NCBI GenBank assembly: GCA_963796055.1
Contig: CAWCKH010000004.1
Location: 256,001 to 320,000, forward strand
DNA length: 64,000 bases
Direction: 5' to 3'
Source: an uncultured delta proteobacterium
Lineage (GTDB): Bacteria; Myxococcota; Myxococcia; Myxococcales; Myxococcaceae
Part shown: piece by piece, positions 9,405-17,823 of the stretch
How positions within the stretch are numbered: the stretch's first letter is position 1
Layout of the letters: every line of letters starts with the position of its first letter
The notes under the pieces: generated by a model
Database searches by the model: none
What the model saw: the letters and a program-made list of their open reading frames with translations, nothing else
Told to the model about the DNA's origin: nothing
Position numbers and translations under genes: made by a program

Positions 9405-9803
9405 GTGGTAGTCGTCATCACCGAGTGGGCCTTGGACGCCTACCTCGACCTTCTCCACGCGGGCGTGTTCAGCAAGGTGGAGTATCGGCGCGAGATCCGT
9501 CCAGCCGTCGAGCTGCTCGCGAGCTGGCCGAGTCACCCGAGGTTCGCGAACCCGAAGTTCTGGTCCGTCGCGACCGACAAGCCCGGGCGAGCCATCCCGG
9601 GCGCGTGGAAGATGAACTGGCACAACCTGGGACCGGGAAAGGTGCAGCTCCGGCTGGGCGTGGTCATCGCCGGTCCGCAGGCGCTGCTCTGTCGAGCGTG
9701 GGTCAAGGGCAGCGACGCGACCGACAAGCGGGAGCTCGCCAAGCTCAAGACACACCTGAACCGGATTCACTCCGGTCAGTACGTCGTTCGGGGAACGCCA
9801 TGA
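9405..9803 (+). CDS. Putative RelE/HigB-like toxin
   Basis: 132 aa; N-terminal strand 'VVITEWALDAY', 'WKMNWHNLG...QLRL', 'LLCRAWVK'; ATGA-coupled to the HTH gene. Confidence 0.55.
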   Translation: MVVVITEWALDAYLDLLHAGVFSKVEYRREIRPAVELLASWPSHPRFANPKFWSVATDKPGRAIPGAWKMNWHNLGPGKVQLRLGVVIAGPQALLCRAWVKGSDATDKRELAKLKTHLNRIHSGQYVVRGTP

Positions 9804-10297
9804 GCGTCTTCGTCACCAGTCCCGAGGAGCGAATTCGGGCTGCCAAGCTCGCCGTCGCCATGGAGGCCGCGGACCTTCCCGCCAACCTGGTTGGCGAGGT
9901 GCTCCGCCTGGCTCTCGAGGACCAGGGCGTCTTCGAGCTCATGGAACTCTGGGGTGAAGCCGGCCGCTCGGCGGACCGCGAGGCAGTGGAGGCGGACCTG
10001 CAGGAAGCCATCGACGATGCGGCCGACGCTCCCCGCGGCATCGAGGAGAAGCCGCGTCTCGGGTTCGAACAGCTCCCTGCAGCCCTGACCAGCATCCGGT
10101 CTCACAAGGCGAGACTCCGTGCCCTCATCGACCAGCACGGTGGCATCTCGGCGGTTGCACGGAAGGCAGGGATCCTTCAGCCAGCTCTGAGCCGCATGCT
10201 CAGCTCAGGCTCCATGCCGCGACGGACGACGCTGTACAAACTTGCCAGGGCGATGGACGTCGATGAGTCGGCAGTGGTCGGTGAGTGGGTTCGGTAG
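9800..10297 (+). CDS. XRE-type HTH antitoxin with acidic N-terminal domain
   Basis: C-terminal 'GGISAVARKAGILQPALSRMLSSGSMPRRTTLYKLARAM'. Confidence 0.75.
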   Translation: MSVFVTSPEERIRAAKLAVAMEAADLPANLVGEVLRLALEDQGVFELMELWGEAGRSADREAVEADLQEAIDDAADAPRGIEEKPRLGFEQLPAALTSIRSHKARLRALIDQHGGISAVARKAGILQPALSRMLSSGSMPRRTTLYKLARAMDVDESAVVGEWVR

Positions 10298-10298
10298 A

Positions 10299-11103
10299 TT
10301 GCGAGCCGACGAGTTGAAGCCGAGGACTTCGGAAGCACACGGTCGCCTCTGGGGTGCGCGCGCGAGGGACTGGGCCGACTTTCAGGAAGGGACGGTTCGC
10401 CCGGTCTTCCAAGCCGTGCTCGAGCGCACGCGCGTGGGGCCGGGAACGCGATATCTCGATGCCGGCTGCGGCTCGGGGATGGCGGCAGAGATGGCTGCTG
10501 ACGCGTGGGGCCGAGGTGTCCGGCGTGGACGCGGCGGAGGCGATGCTGTCGATCGCGCGATCGCGTGTGCCGACGGGCGACTTCCGCCAAGGCGATCTGG
10601 AGGAACTGCCGTTCGCTGACGAAACCTTCGATGTGGTGACCGGCTTCAATTCGTTGCAGTACGCCGGGAACCCGGTTGCGGCGCTGCGCGAGGCAGGACG
10701 TGTCGCCAGGCAAGGTGGCTCGGTCGTGGTGATGACCTTTGGAGACCCCGCCGGCATGGAAGTGGTCGCCTTGCTGACCGCGCTCAAGTCGCTCCTGCCG
10801 CCCCCGCCCCCGGGAGCACCTGGCCCGTTCGCGCTGTCCGACGAAACCATCCTGCGCCAGTTCGCAACTGACGCAGGACTCGAGCCCATCGAGGTCTTCG
10901 ACGTCGACAGCCCCTGGATCTACACCGACAAGACCGCGGCATTGCGGGGTCTGACGTCGACGGGGAACGCGGTCAGGGCCATGGAGCAGATCGACGAGAA
11001 GGTCGTGACCCAGGCCTACGAGAAGGCAATCGAGCCGTTCCGCCAGTCCGACGGCAGTTATCGCGCGTCGGCCTGGTTCCGCTGCCTGCTGGCACGGCGG
11101 TGA
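10299..11103 (+). pseudogene. Class I SAM-dependent methyltransferase, frameshifted at ~10500
   Basis: First frame '...YLDAGCGSGMAAEMAA'; second frame 'RGAEVSGVDAAEAML...GDLEELPFADETFDVV'. Confidence 0.8.
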
Positions 11104-11148
11104 GGGTGAAGCCGGCCGCTCGACGGACCGCTCGGCAGTGGAGGCGGA
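11104..11148 (+). repeat. 45-bp copy of antitoxin gene segment 9952-9996
   Basis: 3 mismatches in 45. Confidence 0.85.
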
Positions 11149-11188
11149 AACCGCCCTCGGGGCGCAGACTGGACGGAGCCTTTTCAGA

Positions 11189-11641
11189 ATGATCCTCCGC
11201 AACGTCACAGATGAGGACCTTCCCATCTTCTTCGAACACCAGCGCGACCCAGAAGCGCTGCGCATGGCCGCATTTACCTCGCGGGAGCGCGACGCGTTCA
11301 TGACCCACTGGCGCACAAAGGTTCTCCGCCCTGAAAACGTCGCCCGCACCATCGTCATGGGCGGCGTGGTCGTTGGGAACATCGGCAGCTGGGAACAGGA
11401 TGCCAAGCGCCTCGTCGGCTATTGGATCGGTCGCGAGCATTGGGGCAAAGGCATCGCCACTCGGGCCCTCTCTGAGTTTCTCGTGCTCGAGCCCGCCCGG
11501 CCGCTTCATGCGTGGGTCGCCCTCCACAACCTCGCGTCGATCCGCGTCCTCGAGAAGTGTGGCTTCCACGCCATGATCAACGAGAACCAGCATCACCAGG
11601 GTGGAGTTGCCGAAGTCCTCATGAGGCTTGGTTCGACGTAG
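11189..11641 (+). CDS. GNAT N-acetyltransferase (RimJ/RimL-like)
   Basis: 'VGYWIGREHWGKGIATRAL...NLASIRVLEKCGF'. Confidence 0.92.
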   Translation: MILRNVTDEDLPIFFEHQRDPEALRMAAFTSRERDAFMTHWRTKVLRPENVARTIVMGGVVVGNIGSWEQDAKRLVGYWIGREHWGKGIATRALSEFLVLEPARPLHAWVALHNLASIRVLEKCGFHAMINENQHHQGGVAEVLMRLGST

Positions 11642-11652
11642 TGCCCGCCAAC

Positions 11653-11711
11653 ACCTGCAGGAGCCAGTCGACGATGCGGCCGAGGCGCCCTGAGGGATCG
11701 ACGAGAAGCCG
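11653..11711 (+). repeat. Degenerate copy of antitoxin gene segment 9996-10054
   Basis: acctgcaggagccagtcgacgatgcggccgaggcgccctgagggatcgacgagaagccg versus acctgcaggaagccatcgacgatgcggccgacgctccccgcggcatcgaggagaagccg. Confidence 0.8.
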
Positions 11712-11736
11712 GCCACGGGGCGCCCGGCGAAGCTGG

Positions 11737-11841
11737 CTCGTCACGCTCGATCGCTCACTGCTCACCGAGCGGGTCGGTCGGGTCTCGGCCAAGCAGCTGG
11801 ACCTGGTTCTGGCCTGCTTCGACACCGTGCTGGGTCGGTGA
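11737..11841 (+). pseudogene. C-terminal remnant of a MazF/PemK toxin
   Basis: LVTLDRSLLTERVGRVSAKQLDLVLACFDTVLGR*, a typical MazF C-terminus. Confidence 0.7.
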
Positions 11842-11915
11842 CCGGCTGGTCACCGTACTGAGACGAGCCGCACGTGCCGGGCCGGCGAACGGCGAATCGC
11901 CCGTCTCGCCGAGCG

Positions 11916-12446
11916 TTACTTGACACCCTTCGCCGGGTCCCAGGCTCCTTGCATCTTCCGAAGGATGAGGATCTGCCCGGTGTGGTAGGCGTTGTGGGTC
12001 GCGATCCGGCCGAGCGTCGGCGCCCAGGACTGCAGCGTCTTGTCGTCCGCGCCAGCGACCAGCTTTTCCAGCTCGCCCAGCACCCAATCGAGCCTCTCTC
12101 GGATCTCGTCCCAGCGGGCCTGGTCGAAGGCATTGAAGGTCTCCTCGTTGTTGCCGTCGAACTTCGCCGGAGCCACTCGCTTGAACTTGGCAAGCTGCTG
12201 CGAGTTCCAGAACAGCAGGTGGTTCGCGAGCTGCCCGATGGAGTGGTCTCCCCCCTGCGGCTTCCAGCTCGCCTGGGCAGCGGTGACTCCGTCGAGCGCG
12301 GGTTTCACGGGAACGAACCAGTCCTGCTGGTCGTGTGCCGTGCGGAGCTGGTCGAGCAGACTGCTCCTCAGGGTGACTGGCTTCGCGACTGGCTCGGCCG
12401 CAAAGGCCGGCTGGCACAGGAACAGCAGGACAGCGAGCGCTCTCAT
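11916..12446 (-). CDS. Secreted DinB-family protein
   Basis: Signal peptide MRALAVLLFLCQPAFAA; 'HSIGQLANHL', 'HNAYHTGQI'. Confidence 0.88.
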   Translation of the reverse strand: MRALAVLLFLCQPAFAAEPVAKPVTLRSSLLDQLRTAHDQQDWFVPVKPALDGVTAAQASWKPQGGDHSIGQLANHLLFWNSQQLAKFKRVAPAKFDGNNEETFNAFDQARWDEIRERLDWVLGELEKLVAGADDKTLQSWAPTLGRIATHNAYHTGQILILRKMQGAWDPAKGVK

Positions 12447-12528
12447 CGACCTCTCCTCCAGTCGCCAACGGAGAATAGCTGGAGGCAGGTCAGGTGGGCG
12501 CGGCAGCCTCGAAATCCTTGGCAAATCA

Positions 12529-12816
12529 CCTGATCGACGATGGCCGAGTACTCGGCTGCCGCGGCGTGCCAGTCCGGCGTGGTGGAGACCCAGAGGTCGG
12601 GGATGGACGGGAAGTCTTCGGGCGAGTCGGGCTCGTCCAGCTCGAGCGCGGGGTGTCGGCGGGACCTCGAGCGTGAGGACTCGGGTCCCTGCGTCCTCGC
12701 GGGTCGTGTAGGCCCACTGCGCGCCGGCCTCGGTCAGGTGGAACCGGAGGTCTCGGGGGAACTCCACGCGGACCGTGAGCTTCCGGGTCGGGTAGACGTT
12801 CTGGAGCGGGATGCGG
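12529..12816 (-). pseudogene. DUF3857 gene copy 2, middle piece (matches 6401-6687)
   Basis: Colinear ~290-bp match with scattered substitutions and small indels. Confidence 0.9.
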
Positions 12817-12999
12817 AGGGGCGGGCGAACAACCGAGCCCCAACCGGCGCAACGCCGGGCCCCGCTGGGGCCGTCCGAACTGCGGTGTCACACACCGAAC
12901 CGTGACACCCAGGCGTCTTGCGCCTGAAACAGACAGGGCGTAACCGCCACGCCGGCAGCGACTCACCAGGTCTTCTCGGTTCCGAGGGAGCTCCAAGCC

Positions 13000-14211
13000 A
13001 TGACTCCAGTGAGCAGTGACGAGACCGCCGTTCGTCCGTTCGAGGTTCCTGTTTTTCCGGAAGAGGAGCTCACCGACCTGCGCAGACGGATCAAGGCGAC
13101 ACGGTGGCCCGAACGGGAGACGGTCCCCGATCTCTCGCAAGGCGTGCAGCAGGCCACGATCCAGAAGCTCGCGCACTACTGGGGCACCGAGTACGACTGG
13201 CGCAGGTGCGAGGCCAAACTGAAAGCCCTTCCGCACTTCGTCACCGAGATCGATGGGCTCGACATTCATTTCATCCACGTTCGTTCGAAGCACGAGAATG
13301 CCTTGCCGCTCATCGTCACCCACGGCTGGCCAGGCTCGATCACCGAGCAGCTGAAGATCATCGATCCGCTGACCAATCCGACGGGGCATGGGGCAAACGC
13401 CTCGGACGCCTTCGACCTGGTGGTTCCGTCGATGCCGGGCTACGGGTTCTCGGGCAAGCCGAGCAGCACTGGCTGGGAACCGGCGCGCATCGCACGTGCC
13501 TGGGCCGTGCTCATGAAGCGCCTGGGATACACGCAGTTCGTGGCGCAAGGGGGTGACTGGGGCGCGGTGGTCACGGACATGCTGGGTGCCCAGGCCGCCC
13601 CGGAGCTGCTCGGCATTCACACCAACATGCCCGGCGTGGTCCCGACGGAGATCTTGAAGGCGGCGCTCTTCGGCGGCGAGCCCCCGCCAGCCGGACTCCC
13701 CGCGGATGAACGACAGGCGTGGGAGCAGCTCAACCTGTTCGGCAAGCACCTGGGCTACGCGATCATGATGGGGACGCGTCCGCAGACGTTGACCGGATTC
13801 GCCGACTCACCGGTCGGCCTTGCGGCCTTCATGATCGACCACGACGATCGCAGCTACGAGCTCATCGCCCGCGTCTTCGACGGCCGGTCCGAGGGACTGA
13901 CCCGGGACGACGTCCTCGACAACATCACGCTCTACTGGCTGACCAACACCTCGATCTCCGCGGCTCGCCTCTACTGGGAGAACAAGCTCGCCTTCTTCGC
14001 TCCGAAGGGCGTCGCGATCCCGGTCGCGGTGAGCGCCTTCCCGGACGAGCTCTACCAGGCCCCGCGGAGCTGGGCCGAGCGGGCGTACCCCAAGCTCACC
14101 TACTACCGGACGCGCGACAAGGGCGGACACTTTGCCGCCTGGGAGCAGCCCCAGGCCCTGTCGGAGGACATTCGCGAAGGCTTCAGGTCACTGCGAACCA
14201 GGGCGCGGTAG
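13000..14211 (+). CDS. Epoxide hydrolase (EHN + alpha/beta hydrolase)
   Basis: 'HGWPGS', 'QGGDWG', 'GGHFAAWEQP'. Confidence 0.95.
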   Translation: MTPVSSDETAVRPFEVPVFPEEELTDLRRRIKATRWPERETVPDLSQGVQQATIQKLAHYWGTEYDWRRCEAKLKALPHFVTEIDGLDIHFIHVRSKHENALPLIVTHGWPGSITEQLKIIDPLTNPTGHGANASDAFDLVVPSMPGYGFSGKPSSTGWEPARIARAWAVLMKRLGYTQFVAQGGDWGAVVTDMLGAQAAPELLGIHTNMPGVVPTEILKAALFGGEPPPAGLPADERQAWEQLNLFGKHLGYAIMMGTRPQTLTGFADSPVGLAAFMIDHDDRSYELIARVFDGRSEGLTRDDVLDNITLYWLTNTSISAARLYWENKLAFFAPKGVAIPVAVSAFPDELYQAPRSWAERAYPKLTYYRTRDKGGHFAAWEQPQALSEDIREGFRSLRTRAR

Positions 14212-14262
14212 GGATCACTCGATCCTCGGCAGGATGGCTCCGCCCCGCTAGCAAGCCCGATG

Positions 14263-14824
<562 letters not shown>

Positions 14825-14907
14825 GACGTAAGAGTACCGCCGATTGGGTAGCCCGGTACGACCGTACCGCACGACCCGTGGTCGTCGCTTCCATGGCTCG
14901 GCCTCGC

Positions 14908-15501
14908 CTATCTCGCCTCCCGAGCATACGTCGCGAGGATCGCGCCAGTGCTCGTGGCCTCGCTGGCGACGAGCCGCAGCGCCGCGAGCCGGCCATCATC
15001 GCGAAAGAAGCGCTTGCCACCGCCCAGGATGACCGGATCGATCATGAACCGGAACTCGTCGACGAGGTCGTTGGCCATGAGTGCGTGGAGCAGCTCGGTG
15101 CTCCCGATGGTGAGGAGATCCGCGCCAGCCTCGCGCTTCAATGCCGATACGGCTGCCGCGATATCACCCTGGAGCAATGTCGAGTTCTGCCAGGTGAGGG
15201 GCTCCTTCAGCGTCCGTGACGCCACGTGCTTGGGAAGGGAGTTGAGAGGCCGCGCGAGCGGCTGCTCCTCCGCCGAAGCGTTCGGCCAGTGGGCCGCGAA
15301 CGCGTCGTACGTCCGGCGGCCGAGCAAGAACCCGCCCGCCTGGGTCACGTTCTCGACGACCCATCTCATCGACGCTGCATCGAAGTAGCGCGGGTGCCAC
15401 CCGCCGTGCCTGAAGCCGCCGGACGGATCCTCGTCCCGGTAGACCGGCGCCTGCACGACACCATCGAGGCTCGTCCATTCGCAGGCGATCACTTTGCGCA
15501 T
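14908..15501 (-). CDS. Dihydrofolate reductase/RibD-C family protein
   Basis: 'SLDGVVQAP', 'LLGRRTY', 'LVDEFR...GGGKRFF'. Confidence 0.92.
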   Translation of the reverse strand: MRKVIACEWTSLDGVVQAPVYRDEDPSGGFRHGGWHPRYFDAASMRWVVENVTQAGGFLLGRRTYDAFAAHWPNASAEEQPLARPLNSLPKHVASRTLKEPLTWQNSTLLQGDIAAAVSALKREAGADLLTIGSTELLHALMANDLVDEFRFMIDPVILGGGKRFFRDDGRLAALRLVASEATSTGAILATYAREAR

Positions 15502-15962
15502 TGGGTCTCCAGCTTCTCGAGAACGAGCTCCCAGCCGAGCCGCACCTTGTCGGCGACATCCGGCATCGCCCGGGCGAGCTCATCGAGCCGCTCGTGGACG
15601 AGGGTGAGCAGCGTGGACCCTCGATCGACCTCGCGGAGGGTGATGGTCAATCGGGAATCGAAGACCGGACCTTCGGCTCTCCGGGGACCCACGAAGCCCC
15701 ATCGAAAGACGATGCGCTCGTCGGGTACCAGCTCGATGATTTCGCATTCGAACCCGCCTGCTCTTCCGCCCGAGCCCATCTGCCAGACGCTGTAGCGACC
15801 GCCCACCCGTTCGTCGATCTCGACGCGCTTCACCTCCAGACTTCCCGGTGCCATCCACTGCCGAACCAGATCGGGTTCGAGCCATGCGCGGTACACCGCA
15901 TGAGCTGGAGCCGGGATGGTGCGCTCCAAGCGAACGGCGGGGAACTTGGTCGTCTGGGTCAT
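15489..15962 (-). CDS. SRPBCC/AHSA1 domain protein
   Basis: 'RLERTIPAPAHAVYRAW', 'LVPDERIVFRW', 'GWELVLEKL'. Confidence 0.9.
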   Translation of the reverse strand: MTQTTKFPAVRLERTIPAPAHAVYRAWLEPDLVRQWMAPGSLEVKRVEIDERVGGRYSVWQMGSGGRAGGFECEIIELVPDERIVFRWGFVGPRRAEGPVFDSRLTITLREVDRGSTLLTLVHERLDELARAMPDVADKVRLGWELVLEKLETQCAK

Positions 15963-16312
15963 GGGCTCTTCCTCCTCTTCTTCTTCTTCGGACCGGGATG
16001 GAGAAGGGTCTCGAGGGCGTCCAGCCGCTCGCCCCAGAAGCGCTCGTAGAACCGTAGCCAGCCCGCGGCTGATGCGAGCGGGGCGGCCTCCAGCCGGCAA
16101 ACGTGACGTCGACCTTCGACGGTGCGATGGATCAGCCCCGCCCCTTCCAGGACCTTCACGTGCTTGGACGCCGCCGCGAGCGACATCGCCAGCGGCTCAG
16201 CGAGTTCGCCCACCGTGAGCTGACCGGACGCGAGGCGGCCGAGCATGTCCCGCCGCGCATCGTGCGCGAGCGCGTGAAACACGGTGCCAACGCCGGACGG
16301 ACCGTCAACCAT
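15959..16312 (-). CDS. ArsR/SmtB transcriptional regulator
   Basis: 'VFHALAHDARRDML...LTVGELAEPLAMSLAAASKHVKVLEGAGL'. Confidence 0.93.
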   Translation of the reverse strand: MVDGPSGVGTVFHALAHDARRDMLGRLASGQLTVGELAEPLAMSLAAASKHVKVLEGAGLIHRTVEGRRHVCRLEAAPLASAAGWLRFYERFWGERLDALETLLHPGPKKKKRRKSP

Positions 16313-16361
16313 AGGGTTGAATGTAGATTCGGTCAGGCCCCCTCGTCAACCTTCTGGTTGA
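16305..16361. promoter_or_regulatory. Two palindromes TCAACC-N4-GGTTGA; probable ArsR operators
   Basis: Located at 16305-16320 (overlaps the start codon) and 16346-16361. Confidence 0.75.
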
Positions 16362-16372
16362 GCGTTTCCCCC

Positions 16373-16523
16373 GGGCCCAAGGCGTGACGGCGCTCCGGGT
16401 CTCGACCTCCACCACCGCGCCCCGGGTGATGTCCGGGAGTTGGCCACGGAGGACGCGGCGATCCGAGTCCATGGCCAGGCGCTCGGTGGCGGGCGCCTCG
16501 GTGAGTAGGGACGGGTCGAACCA
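16373..16523 (-). pseudogene. DUF3857 gene copy 2, upstream piece (matches 6704-6854)
   Basis: 151-bp colinear match with a few substitutions. Confidence 0.9.
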
Positions 16524-16580
16524 TTGAGACGGTCCGCGGGCACAAAGGCAGGTGGCTCCCCGCCGGCGTCTCCGCGCCGC

Positions 16581-16925
16581 CTATTCCGAGACAGGTCCGC
16601 CCCCGTCAACTGGGGGAGTGACCACCGGACCAGCATCCAGTTTGGGCACGACGATGGCGAGAGACGGAGATCCCTGGAGCGTCCCTGGGACCCTGTTGAT
16701 CTGGACGTCAGGCCCGACGCCACCATCCTGCGGGCCCGCGTCAGCCCCGGTGCCCCCCGCGTCCGAGCCAACGTTCCCTTCAGGTGGCGAGCCCTTGCGC
16801 CCACAACCCGTCAGGGAAATCCCCAGCAACAGGATGAGGCCCAGTCCCACGAAGTGCCCGTGCCAGCCGGGATGCTCCGCGAAAGCGGCGTGTGCTGAAC
16901 CGTGTTTCTCTTTGGAGACGCTCAT
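16581..16925 (-). CDS. Short or truncated lipoprotein-like protein
   Basis: 'GLGLILLLGISLTGC' lipobox, then DAGG linkers; ends just before the scaffold shard. Confidence 0.5.
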   Translation of the reverse strand: MSVSKEKHGSAHAAFAEHPGWHGHFVGLGLILLLGISLTGCGRKGSPPEGNVGSDAGGTGADAGPQDGGVGPDVQINRVPGTLQGSPSLAIVVPKLDAGPVVTPPVDGGGPVSE

Positions 16926-16962
16926 GGGCCCGCCAGCGATGTGGTCATCCTCGACGCTGTGG

Positions 16963-17823
16963 TCATGGTGACCGACCCCCGTTCCCTGCATCGCCGAGGG
17001 ATCGGGAGCGCAGTGCCGCTTCGAGTCGTCGTGCGTCCTCTCTCACGTGAGGTTCCTGGGGCGTGCCCGTGATTTCCCGGAGCTGAGCTCGCGCCTCGGC
17101 CGTTCGCCCCGTCAAGGCGAGCTCGGTCGCAAGTCTCAGACGAATACTCTGTGCGAACGGGAAGGACGGAAAATTCTTCAAGAACGCCTTCATTCTATCG
17201 ATACTCGGCTGCAGCTCGTCCCCGTGGAGAAAGCGATAGGAACCCATCTCCAGAGAGACGGACGGGTCCTCATAAAGGCGGTCGATCTCCCGCCAGCTCA
17301 AGAAGTCATACCCGGCCAGGATGGAATCCGTGTACTCCGCCCTGTCGTTTTGCGCTGCACGGGCCCGGGCGTCCGCCGAGGTTCCAGGGACCAACTTGAC
17401 CTTCACAGGGTGGCTTGCGCCGCAGCAGCCCACTGCCCCTTTGAGGCGCACCTCGTATTCCTTCTGTCCGCTTGTTTCGATGCAGGCAGGAAAGACCAGA
17501 CCGAGGTTTCTCGTTTCGTGTGAACGAAAGTCAGGGCGAGTTGCGATGGACAGCTCGCTCTCGATGGGAGTGGTCCACGACTCTCTGTGGCAAAGCTCCC
17601 AGGATCCATCGCTTCGACGGTGTTCCCAGCTTCCCTTCACGACCCCGCCTGGAGGCCCAAACTTCTCGTCTCCATCATTCGTCGCTGACAATAAAAGCAA
17701 AACCCTCTCGCCGTGGACGAACTCAGGCCTCAGTGGCCTGAGCTTGAGAACCAGAGCCGGCGCCGGCGCGGTCGCGAACACCCATGCGGCCAGGAGCGTG
17801 GCCATCCGGTCCGGAAGGATCAT
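16963..17823 (-). CDS. Secreted hypothetical protein with C-terminal TPR-like helices, coupled to the RCC1 gene
   Basis: ATGA overlap with the RCC1 stop (17820-17823); hydrophobic N-terminus; 'FLKNFPSFPFAQSIRLRLA...AEARAQL'. Confidence 0.65.
   Translation of the reverse strand: MILPDRMATLLAAWVFATAPAPALVLKLRPLRPEFVHGERVLLLLSATNDGDEKFGPPGGVVKGSWEHRRSDGSWELCHRESWTTPIESELSIATRPDFRSHETRNLGLVFPACIETSGQKEYEVRLKGAVGCCGASHPVKVKLVPGTSADARARAAQNDRAEYTDSILAGYDFLSWREIDRLYEDPSVSLEMGSYRFLHGDELQPSIDRMKAFLKNFPSFPFAQSIRLRLATELALTGRTAEARAQLREITGTPQEPHVREDARRLEAALRSRSLGDAGNGGRSP

Noticed and set aside
2630..12850. Integron attC array (GTTGGGC at 2637, 'cgccaac' at ~11646, 'gccccaac' at ~12837)
   Set aside because: No paired R''/R' hairpins, mixed gene orientation and no intI. 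An IntegronFinder run would settle it.
12886..12917. ECF41-type promoter TGTCACA...CGTC before the epoxide hydrolase
   Set aside because: The spacer is 21 bp, too long; only a TGTCAC-N10-GTGACA palindrome of unknown meaning remains.
15966..15990. CTT/CTC trinucleotide run
   Set aside because: It encodes the basic ArsR C-terminus and doubles as the SD of the next gene.
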